A DNA stretch of 64,000 bases, from NCBI RefSeq assembly GCF_009914755.1, contig NC_060925.1; one strand, given 5' to 3'. The translations under genes and the position numbers were made by a program. The notes beneath the pieces were generated by a model, which had not been told where the DNA came from, did no database searches, and saw only the letters and a program-made list of their open reading frames with translations. This DNA comes from the human T2T-CHM13v2.0 reference genome, Homo sapiens. Each line of letters starts with the position of its first letter. Position 1 is the first letter of the stretch. Positions 44,762 to 55,900 of the stretch are shown here, in pieces.

Positions 44762-46929
44762 TCACTTTTTCAGAAAAATATTAAAATATTAAATCTAACA
44801 AATATCTAGGTAGACTGATGGAGAAAAATACAGAAAATGCACAAAAAAGCAATTACCTGGAATGCGAACGTTACAAAACGTCAGCAGTTGTAGATTTTAA
44901 ATAAGCAATGATTTTTGAGTTCAACCATGATGGGGTATATTGAAAAGAATCTCTCAGAAAAAAAGAAAAAGAAAACTGTTATAAAGCTATGTACAAAATG
45001 TTAAGCACTATTAAAGTCTTCCAAATCTACCAGTTACGGAGTTATTGGTCTTGGACTAAGACTCCTGAAAAGAAAAAAAACAAACAAAATAAGACAATAC
45101 CTAAAAACCTGGATAAAATGGCCTACCGTGGGCACTGGCAATGCATCCAAGCAGGTAGGACCTGGGTGCTACATTCTCTTTGTCAGAACACAAAGCATTC
45201 ATACACTCTTCTCACCCTCACTTTCACCTTTTAATCTTTGATCTACTATTAAATGTATTCAACATTACTATCAATCCTTTGCTCAAAATTTCTTTACTCA
45301 CATTTTGCTTGATGCACTTGGATAGACTGTTCAAGAAAGTGTGAGTAGTGAATTCCTCAAACTCTTGCATATTCAAAATCACATTTTTGAACCTCGATGC
45401 TTGAAGTGTAGCTTGGGTAACAGATGGGCTTTAAGCCAATTTTGGCATGCAAGGGGTTGAGTTTATTAGGCATCAGCACCGCTGAAAATCGTGGGGATGC
45501 AGGCTTAATTTCAACACTATTCTAAATACTTGAAAGATATTATATAAGTCTTTAATAAACTCCTGTGTCTACAAATGGTTCACATTAACTCAATATCCAT
45601 GATGAAACATCTATAAAATCAAGGCACTGTTATTTAGTGGAGACTTGCTGGCTATTCTATGAGAGGAGGTATTGTTATTGTAATCTCATCATCTCATAAA
45701 ATTGTATCACATTACTCATAACCAGCCCTTCATATTCTATTCCTATTTTGGTATTTTAAAATAAGACATCTTTGAAACTCTTGAATTCAAAGAGGGAATC
45801 TGAATAATTTTTAAAATGTCAATGAAATGCCATTTCTTCATGCTTCAACAACTAAAAATTGACTAAAGTGCTTCTCTTCAATCTTTCTGGGACATTTCTT
45901 ATCTAAATTCTAAGAACAATCACAATAGGTTTTAACCACAAATGTGAGAATATTCTAAATGTTAGGGTGGAAAAAATTTTTAAATATTTTATAGTAATTT
46001 TTTTCATCATAGTGACAGTGTGCTAAATTTTTTTAAGCCAACTATTACTGTAGACATTTAAGTCAGGATTCTAAGAAGCTGTTCTAAAGTCCAAAATTCA
46101 GTTTCATATACACTGATATTATATATATATATTTGCTTAAAAAATTAATACATGTGAGCCGTGTTTCAAATAGTTGAGAGATTATTATATCAAAGATTCT
46201 TGATTATATAAAATGTCAATTACTTATAGGCAGACATGCTTTAAATAATTACTAAGGCAGTTGTGGTTGATTCTACTCTTGCTACTGGCATTTATATGGA
46301 CATACTATTATGGTCTGAAGAATATTTAGGCAAATTTATCCCTCATATGATCAGAAGAACAATGCAAGATAGTTTATATCTGAAAGGAAAAAAATCTTTA
46401 TATGGTTCTGAAAGCGTAAATCATTAACAACTTGGATAATAACTAGCATAAAAATACACAAACATGCCCTCTTCCTAGCAGTAAGTACACAGTGACAACA
46501 GAATCAAAGCATGTGGCTATGTGCATGTTTATATTTCAAGACGCAGAGCACTCTATTCCTCCTCTCTGCCCTTTCTAGATGGCACAATCCCTCATGAATC
46601 TAAGTGCAGTCATAGGGTGGATTAGGGTGACCTGCCATTTGTATGCAACTGATCTCTAGTTTGGAAGTAATTAATGTCAAAATATATTTTTAAAAGGTAA
46701 TTTCAAATTTCAGGGCAAACTAGCATGGTTTCGCCCCTTTTCTTTGGAACATTTTTTCTAAGGTTGGAAAAGTAAGGTAGGCTTTAGTAAGATTTTAAAT
46801 AATAAGTTTTCAAAGTGAGACGCAAAATGGTGGCGCCAACACATTTCAAATCTGCTACATTTTGAAGACACTTATTGGAGAAAAGACCTTCTCATCATTT
46901 TTCTCTTACAGGAAAGGAAATAACATGTA

Positions 46930-47301
46930 CAGTTGACCCTTAAGCAACACGGAGGTTGGGGTGCTGGCCCCCCTGCACGGTAGAAAATCCACTATAACTT
47001 TGACTCCCCCAAAACTTAACTACTAATAGCCTACTGTAAGCCTGACAAATAACACAGTCAATTAACACATATTTAATATGTTATATGTCTTATATACTGT
47101 ATTCTTAACAAACATGCCAGAGAAATGAAAAAAGAAAATCATAAGGAAAATAGATTTACTAGTTATTAAATGGAAGTAGATGATCAAACAGGTCTTCATC
47201 CTCATCTTTCTCATGGGCAGGATGTGGATAAGGATGTAGAATTGTTGGTTTTGCTAAGTGGACGTGCACAGTTCAAACCCCTGTGGTGCAAAGGCCAACT
47301 C
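46930..47301. mobile_element. Tigger2a (MER28-like) DNA transposon
   Basis: ta|cagttgacccttaagcaacacggaggtt...aaaggccaactc|ta degenerate TIRs; internal aaaacttaactactaatagcctactg. Confidence 0.85.
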
Positions 47302-47406
47302 TATAGCCATTGAATAGCAATTTATATTTAGAAATTAACCTCACTAAAATACTCTTAGAAAGATGCCCAGAATAAAAGTGAATAAGAATTTCTGGTTCAT
47401 CTATTA

Positions 47407-49749
47407 CATCATTTCATTTCATTATTTCATTTCTTTTCATCATTTCATTTCATTTCCTCATTTCATCCTTTCATTTCATCATTTCATCTCATTTCCTCAT
47501 TTCATCCTTTCATTTCATCATTTCATCTCATTTCCTCATTTCATCATTTCATTTCATCCTTCCATTTCATCATTTCATCATTTCATCTTATCATTTCATC
47601 TCATTTTATCATTTCATTTCATTCTTTCATTTCATTCCATCATTTCATCTCAACATTTCATTTCATCATTTCACTTCATCTCATCATTTCATCATTTCAT
47701 CTCATCATTTCATTTCATCTCACCATTTCATTTCATCTCATCATTTCATTTCATCTCATCATTTCATCTTTTCATCTCATCATTTCATCATTTCATTTCA
47801 TCTTTTCATCTCATTTCATTTCATCAATTCATCATTTCATCTCATTTCATTTCACTTCATTTCATTGTTTCATTTCATCATTTCATTTCATCACTTCATC
47901 TCGACATTTGATTTCGTCATTTCACTTTATCTCATTTCATCTTTTCATCTCATGATTTCATTTCATCTCATTTCATTTCATCTCATTTCATTTCATCTCA
48001 TCATTTCATTTCATCTTTTCATCTCATCATTTCATCATTTCATCTCATTTCATTTCATCATTTCATTTCATTTATTTCATCATTGCATCATTTGACTTCA
48101 TGTCATCATTTCATCATTTCATATCATTTCATCATTTCATGTTTTCATTCAATCATTTCATCATTTCACTTATTCATTTCATTTCATCTTTTCATTTCCT
48201 CATTTCATCATTTCATTTCATCCTTTCATCATTTCATCTCATCATTTCATCCTTTCATTTCATTATTTCATTTCATAATTTCTTCTCATTGTTGCATTTT
48301 GTCATTCCATCATTTCATCATTTCACTTCATCTCATCATTTCATCATCTCACGATTTCATTTCATCTCATTTCATCTCATTTCATCTTTTCATCTCGTCA
48401 TTTCATTTCATCATTTCATTTCATCTCATCTTTTCATCTCATTTCATTTGATCATTTCATCAATTCATCATTTCATCATTTCATTTCATTATTTCATCAT
48501 TTAATCATTTAACTTCATTTCATCACTTCATTTCATTTCATCATTTCATATCATTTCTTCATTTCACCATTTGATCTTCTCATTTCATTTCATCATTTCA
48601 TCATTTCATCATTTCACTTCATTTCATCATTTCATTTCATTTCCTCATTTCATTTCACCATTTCATTTCATCATTTCATTTCATCATTCCATTTCATCAT
48701 TTCATTACATTTCATCATTTCATCATTTCACTTCATCTCATCATTTCATCATTTCATCTCATGATTTCATTTCATCTCATTTCATCATTTCATTTCATTC
48801 TTTCATTTCATTTCATCATTTCATCTCAACATTTCATTTCATTTCATCATTTCATTTCATCTCATCATTTCATCATTTCACTTCATCTCATCATTTCATC
48901 ATCTCATGATTTCATTTCATCTCATCATTTCATCTCATTTCATCTTTTCATCTCGTCATTACATCATTTCATTTCATCTTTTCATCTCATTTCATTTGAT
49001 CATTTCATCAATTCATCATTTCATCATTTCATTTCATTTCATTATTTCATCATTTAATCATTTAACTTCATTTCCTCATTTCATTTCATCATTTCATATC
49101 ATTTCTTCACTTCACCATTTGATCTTTTCATTTCATTTCATCATTCCATTTCATTTCCTCATTTCATTTCACAATTTCATTTCATCATTTAATCATTCCA
49201 TTTCATCACATTTCATCATTTCATCATTTCACTTCATCTCATCATATCATCTTTCATTGCATTATTTCATTTCATCTCATTTCATTTCATCATTTCACTT
49301 CATCTCATCATTTCATCACATCATTTCATTTCATCTCATCATTTCATTTCATCTTTTCGTCTCCTCATTTCATTTAATCATTTCGTTTCTTTTCACCTTT
49401 TCATCTCATCATTTCATTTCATCAATTCATCATTTAATTTCATTTTTTCGTCATTTCATCATTCACTTCATTTCATCATTTCATTTCATCATTTCATACA
49501 TTTCCTCAATTCATCATTTCATGTTTTCATTTCATTTCATCATTTCATCATTTCATTTCATTTCACTTCATTATTTCATTTCATTTCATTTCACCATTTT
49601 ATGTCATCATTTCATTTTTCATCATTCCATTTCATCATTTCATTTCATTTCATCATCATTTCATCTCATTATTTCATTTCTTCATTTCATCGTTTCATTT
49701 CATAATTTCATCATTTCATTTCATCATTTCATCATATCATTTCATTTCA
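47407..49749 (+). repeat. (CATTT)n / CATCATTT simple-sequence satellite, ~2.35 kb
   Basis: Continuous CATTT, CATCT and CATCATTT units; G nearly absent on +. Confidence 0.97.
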
Positions 49750-50620
49750 GTGATACATGTATTTAATTGTTAATGCGATGCCCAGGAGACACCCTATTTC
49801 CCTTTCTAAAACACCTCCTTCAACAAAAGGCAACTTCTCATTGCTGGCTAAGTCTACAGGGATAGCAGCCTCTCCTCAACCACCCAATTTCATTTAAAAC
49901 CTCAAACAGCACCTCAGTTTCATAAAAACCTAAAACATAAACACAACACTTGGTTGTAAGTGAGCCGACAGTTTCTTGTCTCTTTCTCTGCTCAAGGCTT
50001 AAGGCTGTGTCTCCCCAACTACATTCAGTGGAAGAGAAGATCCCATGGACAAATAAGTTTGAGAATTGTTGTTGCAGGAATTCTCAGAACTTTCAAAACA
50101 CAAATCTTCATCCGCAGGGATGTTCAGGAGGGAGATGCCTGATGCAGCACAACTTTCTTTCAGAGGAGTATCTTGCAGAATACAGTATGAGATACAGAAA
50201 GGCTGCATTGAGTCTTTTTAATGGCCCGGGCCTTGGTGAGGGTGGGGTAGGAGCTCTCCAGAGAGCATCTAATGAGTAGGAACATTCAGGTGGCTTTTTT
50301 TTGTTTCCTTTTTCGCAAAACTGTGTGTACACCACGAATGAAGCTGGTCTCCCTTATCCACGTCAAAACTAAACCTAAATTAATTGGCTAAATTGGGACT
50401 CAACACCTCCAGGAGCCACGCGGCAGAAAGCCCCAACACACTTTAAATTAGCTTACCTCATCATATTTGAGGAAAGCAAAACGCTTATGACCAGTATGCT
50501 GCTAATAGAAGTCTACAGATAATGCTGTATGAAAAACTAGTTTTCCCAATCATAGCTGGCATAGTCCACATTTTGCATTACACTTTCCCCCCCTTTTTTT
50601 AAATTTTAAACACAGGTCTT

Positions 50621-50772
50621 TTTCTCTTCTTTTTTTCAATTTTAATTAAATTATACAAGACGGAGTCTCAGTATGTTGCCCAGGCTGGTCTTCAACTCCT
50701 GAGCTCAAGCGATACAACCATCTCCGCCTCCCAAAGTGCTGAGATTGCAGGCCTGAGACACTGTGCCTGGCC
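50621..50772 (-). mobile_element. Alu monomer (FLAM-like) with target-site duplication
   Basis: Single reverse left monomer; flanks ttaaacacaggtctt and ttaaacacaaatctt. Confidence 0.85.
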
Positions 50773-51138
50773 TTAAACACAAATCTTAATTCATTCTTAC
50801 AATTATTCTGAGGTTACAAAAATGGAAGGGGAAGAAAAATGGCAAGTAGGTAGGCTGACTTCGGCTTCATTATTTGGAAGGACAGTTTGCTCGGTTAAAA
50901 CACACTATTGCTTACAAAGGCCAAGACAACAGAAAAATACAGACTTACATAAATAGATTTTATATGTGACAGCAGTTTGAATGGAGACTTTTTCAATGCA
51001 ATGAGAAACAGCTGTGCTTGGGAATAAATGACAACGAATTTTTTTTATCTCAACAGCTGTCCTGAGAGCATGTCTCTACATCTCTACCTGCATTCTGGAA
51101 TCAGGGAGAAAGCCAAAACGGATGACAAGACACTAGAT

Positions 51139-51334
51139 CAGCCGTGTCCAACACTTTGACTACAAGGACTTTTTCACCTATCTGTGGTAGTGGGTAGCAT
51201 GAAAATTATGTACAAACCTTTTTTTTTTTTTTTAACCCCATCAGCTGTTGTTAGCATTAGTGTATTTTATGTGCGGCCCAGGAGCATTCTTCTTCCAATG
51301 TGGCCCTGAGAAGCCAAAAGACTGGACACCTGTG
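51139..51334 (-). mobile_element. MER30B (hAT-Charlie MITE), full length
   Basis: TIRs cagccgtgtccaa / ctggacacctgtg; perfect 8-bp TSD CACTAGAT at 51131-51138 and 51335-51342. Confidence 0.9.
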
Positions 51335-51441
51335 CACTAGATCAAAAGGCTACTCCTTCTGGAAGCAATTGTAAAGAATTTCTGACATTATCTTGACATG
51401 AAAACCAATGGGTAGTGGGACAGAATGCAAAATCTTGAAGA

Positions 51442-51721
51442 ATTTTTCTTGTCTTTTTTTTTTTTTTTTTTTTTGAGTCACGGTCTTGCTCTGTGGCCCA
51501 GGCTGGAATACACTGGTGAGATCAGAGCTCAGTGCAGGATCAAGTGCTCCTCCCGCCTCAGCCACAGTAGTAGCTGGGACTACAGATGCGCACAACCACC
51601 CCTGGCTAATATTTTATTTTTTGTAGAGATGGGGTCTCACTATATTGTCCAGGTTGGTCTCAAACTCCTTGACTCAAGGGATCCAGGAAAGGATAACAGG
51701 TGGGAGCCACCACACCTGGCT
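51442..51721 (-). mobile_element. Alu (AluJ-like, internally deleted)
   Basis: Poly-T, reverse Alu with tgtagagatggggtctcactat; short deletions in both arms. Confidence 0.9.
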
Positions 51722-52189
51722 ATGTGCATGAACTTTTAAGACAAACACAAGGCCCCACAAAAGTTAAGGTTTTTCCCACCTAATTTCCAGGGGGATCTTT
51801 TGGTGCAAGGCTGAGAAGCCCTTAAAAGTACACAGACAACTCCAAAGATTCAAGACAGTTCATTTGGGCTGAGCCAGCCCACTGGGCAGACTGACCTTCC
51901 AAAAAGACCCACCCATGACATACACCAGATGGCTCTCCAAGAATCTCTTCAGTCCTCAGGGTCCCTAAAGTACTGGACAGAGCTAGGAAAGCAAACCCAT
52001 TTGCTTCTTCCTGCAGGAAACCCCTTGAGGTTAAGACCCCACAATCACATGAGGATGGAGTGGCTCACCCTCAGTCAACAGGCCAGACTCAAGGTGGTAT
52101 AATGTCTTAACCACGGGTGCGGGCCTCCAGGTCTGACTCCCAACTCAGTTCTTCTTTAATAACCACACTTTGTTAATTTTCCTTAACAG

Positions 52190-52265
52190 GGGTTCCTGGC
52201 AAGTCATTTCTCCCTCAGGCCTTCGGTTTCCTCACCTACAAGATGAGAGGGCTGGACCAGATGGA
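52190..52265. mobile_element. MIR core fragment
   Basis: ggcaagtcattt...cggtttcctcacctacaagatgagagggctggaccagatg. Confidence 0.7.
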
Positions 52266-52544
52266 AATTCAGGGGGTAAGGGGATGTCCTCACGCAGCCC
52301 ACCCCCACCCCCACGGGACCCTGGAGCCTCCATCCCAGTTCCCACCACGCACCCGCTCCACAAATCCTGCCCAAGGTGAGGGCTGGTCCTGGGTCCTCTG
52401 GCTGCCGCATCAGCAAGTGCAGGAGGGAGGGGAAGCCTCCAAGGGGGTGACGTGGGCTCAAAGATGCAACTCGGCCAGGAGTGAACTGGGGCCCCGAAGG
52501 AGGTGTCCGGGCCGCTCCTGGAGCCCAGCCCGGGTCCCCGAACC

Positions 52545-52553
52545 CCTTACCTC
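52545..52553 (-). promoter_or_regulatory. 5' splice donor GAG|GTAAGG of the KSR1-derived exon
   Basis: + strand ccttacctc; coincides with the end of protein similarity. Confidence 0.85.
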
Positions 52554-52781
52554 CGGGGTCTGTATCTCCTGCTGGGTGAGGTCGTTGGACACAGCGCACT
52601 TGGTGCACAGCCCGCACAGGCTGCCAATGAAGATGACGATGAGCTTCTGGAGCTGCCCGCACTGCTGCAGCGCCCGGCTGGCCGCAGCCCCTGTGCCACC
52701 CTCCGTGGCCGCCGCATCACCCCCACCACCGCCCTCCTTCTTCTCTCCCATCGCCTCCACAGGCAGCGCCACTCTATGCAG
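52551..52781 (-). pseudogene. KSR1: Unprocessed KSR1 exon-1 copy (KSR1P-type partial pseudogene; kinase suppressor of Ras 1 N-terminus)
   Basis: Translation [77 protein letters not shown] aligns without gaps to the recalled KSR1 N-terminus ([77 protein letters not shown]). Similarity stops at a GAG|GTAAGG donor (52551/52550). No further KSR1 exon was recognised. The symbol is that of the parent gene. Confidence 0.93.
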
Positions 52782-52931
52782 GCCACAGGGGCCTAGGCAA
52801 GGAGCCTGGGGCGCCGGCGCCTAGGCAAGGAATCCCTGAGCCAGGAGAGCTGGACCAGGAGCACCCCTCAGCGCTGCCCTTGCCAGGACGCCAGTAGAGC
52901 TGGCAGCCGAGTCTGCCGCTCCCGCCCTCAG

Positions 52932-55900
52932 AGCCGTGGCGGCGGGGACAAAAATCCTCGGCGGCGGGGGCAAAAAGTCGCGGTGACAAAAAGCGGCGGT
53001 GACCGGGGCAAAAAGTCGCGGCAGCAAAAAGCCGCGGTGGCGGGGACAAAAAGCCACTGCGGCGGGGGCAAAAAGCGGCGGCGACAGCGGCAAAAAGCCA
53101 CGGCGGCGGGGGCAAAATGCCGCGGCGGCGAAAAAGTCGCTGCGACAGGGGGGCAAAAAGCCGTGACAGCGGGGCGCAAAAAGCCGCGGCGGGTAAAAGG
53201 CCGTGGCGAGTAAAAAGCCACGATGGCAAAAAGCCGCGGTGGGCAAAAAGCCACGGCGGCGGTGGGGCAAAAAGGAGCGGCGGTGGCGGAGGGGCAAAAA
53301 GCCGCGGCAGCGAGGGGGCAGAAAGCCGCGGCGGCAAAAAGCCAAGGCGGCGAGTGTGCAAAAAGCTGTGTTGGCGGTGGGGCAAAAAGCCGCGGCGGCA
53401 GAGGGGGAAAAAGCCGCGGCGGGGGGTGTGTGGCAGAAAGCCGCGGCGGGCAAAAAGCCGCGGCGGCGAGGGGGGCACAAATCCGCGGCGGGCAAAAAGC
53501 CGCGGCGGCGGGGGGTAAAAAGCCGCGGCGGGCAAGAAGCCGAGGCGGGGTGGGGGCAAAAAGTCGCGGCGGCGGGGGACAAAAAGCCGCGGCGACGGGG
53601 GCTAAAAAGCCGCGGCGGTGGGGGCTAAAATGCCGCGGCGGCGGGGGGCAAAAAGCCTCAGCGGGCAAAAAGGCGAGGCGGGGTGAGGGCAAAAAGCTGC
53701 GGTGGGTAAAAGGCCGCAGGGGCAGGGGGGAAAAGCCACGGCGGGGGAAAAAGCCGCAGCGGCGGGGGGGCAAAAAGCGGCGGGGGGCAAAAAGCCGCGA
53801 CGGGCAAAAAGCCGAGGCAGGGTGGGGGCAAAAAGCCGCGGCGGCGGGTGGGTGGCAGAAAGCCGCGGCGTCGAGGGGGGCACAAAGCCGCGGCGGGCAA
53901 AAAGCCGCGGCGGCATGGGATAAAAAGCCGTGGCGGGCAACAAGCCGAGGCGGCGGGGGGTAAAAAGCCGCGGCGGGCAACAAGCCGAGGCGGGGTGGAG
54001 GCAAAAAGTCGCGGCGGCAGGGGACAAAAAGCCGCGGCGGCGGGGGCTAAAAAGCCGCGGCGGCGGGGGGCAAAAAGCCGCGGCGGTGGGGGCAAAAAGC
54101 CGCGGCGGGCAAAAAGCCGACGCAGGGTGGGGGCAAAAAGCCGCGGCGGGTGAAAAGTCGCGGGGGCAGGGGGGAAAAAGCCACGGCGGGAAAAAGCCGC
54201 GGCGGCGAGGGGGCAAAAAGCCACGGGGTGCAAAAAGCGGCGGGGTGCAAAAGGCGGCGGGGGCAAAAAGCCGCAGCGGCGGGGGGCAGGCAAAAAGCCG
54301 CGGCGACAAAATTCGCAACGGCGAGGGGTCAAAAAGCCGGGGCGGACTAAAAGCCCTGGCGCCGGGGGGGCACAAAGCCGCGGCGGGCAAAAAGCCGCGG
54401 CGGCGGTGGGGCAAAAAGCCACGGCGGCGGGGGCGCAAAAAGCCGCAGCGGCGGGTGGGGGCAGAAAGCCGCGGCGGGCAGAAAGCCGAGGCAAGGTGGG
54501 GGTAAAAAGCCGCAGCGGTGGGTGGGGGCAGAAAGCCGCGGCGGGCAAAAAGCCGCGGCGGCAGAGGGGCAAAAAGCCGCGGCGGCGGGTGTGTGGCAGA
54601 AAGCCGCGGCGGGCAAAAAGCCGCGGCGGCGAGGGGGGCACAAATCCGCGGCGGGCAAAAAGCCGCGGCGGCGGGGGGTAAAAAGCCGCGGCGGGCAAGA
54701 AGCCGAGGCGGGGTGGGGGCAAAAAGTCGCGGCGGCGGGGGACAAAAAGCGGCGGCGGGGGACAAAAAGCCGCGGCGGCGGGGGACAAAAAGCCGCGGCG
54801 GCGGGGGACAAAAAGCCGCGGCGGCGGGGGCTAAAAAGCCGCGGCGGCGGGGGGCAAAAAGCCTCAGCGGGCAAAAAGCCGAGGCGGGGTGTGGGCAAAA
54901 AGCTGCGGCGGGTAAAAGGCCACGGGGGCAGGGGGAAAAGCCACGGCGGGGGAAAAAGCCGCGGCGGCGGGGGGGCAAAAAGCGGCGGGGGGCAAAAAGC
55001 CGCGGCGGGTGAAAAGTCCCGGGGGCAGGGGGGAAAAAGCCACGGCGGGAAAAAGCCACGGCGGCGAGGGGGCAGAAAGCCGCGGGGTGCAAAAAGCGGC
55101 GGGGTGCCAAAAGGGGCGGGTTGCAAAAGGCGGCGGGGGGCAAAAAGCCGCGGCGGGGGGCAAAAAGCCGCAGCGGCGGGGGGCGGGCAAAAAGCCGCGG
55201 CGACAAAATTCGCAACGGCGAGGGGTCAAAAAGCCGGGGCGGACTAAAAGCCCTGGCGCCGGGGGGGCACAAAGCCGCGGCGGGCAAAAAGCCGCGGCGG
55301 CGGTGGGGCAAAAAGCCACGGCGGCGGGTGGGGGCAGAAAGCCGCGGCGGGCAGAAAGCCGAGGCAAGGTGGGGGCAAAAAGCCGCGGCGGCAGAGGGGC
55401 AAAAAGCCGCGGCGGCGGGTGTGTGGCAGAAAGCCGCGGCGGGCAAAAAGCCGCGGCGGCGAGGGGGGCACAAATCCGCGGCGGGCAAAAAGCCGCGGCG
55501 GCGGGGGGTAAAAAGCCGCGGCGGGCAAGAAGCCGAGGCGGGGTGGGGGCAAAAAGTCGCGGCGGCGGGGGACAAAAAGCCGCGGCGGCGGGGGGCAAAA
55601 AGCCTCAGCGGGCAAAAAGCCGAGGCGGGGTGTGGGCAAAAAGCCGAGGCGGGGTGTGGGCAAAAAGCTGCGGCGGGAAAAAGGCCGCGAGGGCAGGGGG
55701 GAAAAGCCACGGCTGGGGAAAAAGCCGCGGCGGCGGGGGGGCAAAAAGCGGCGGGGTGCAAAAACCTGCGGGGGGCAAAAAGCCGCGGCGGGCAAAAAGC
55801 CGAGGCAGGGTGGGGGCAAAAAGCCGCGGCGGCGGAGGGGCAAAAAGCCGCGGCGGCGGGTGGGTGGCAGAAAGCCGCGGCGGCGAGGGGGGCACAAAGC

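Noticed and set aside
47363-49766. H/F/I/S-rich ORFs up to 286 aa
   Set aside because: Translation of the (CATTT)n array.
52458-52781. Calling this the functional KSR1 gene or a processed retrocopy
   Set aside because: Many substitutions versus the recalled protein and no later exons seen; the retained donor and lack of poly-A/TSD indicate a DNA-level partial duplication.
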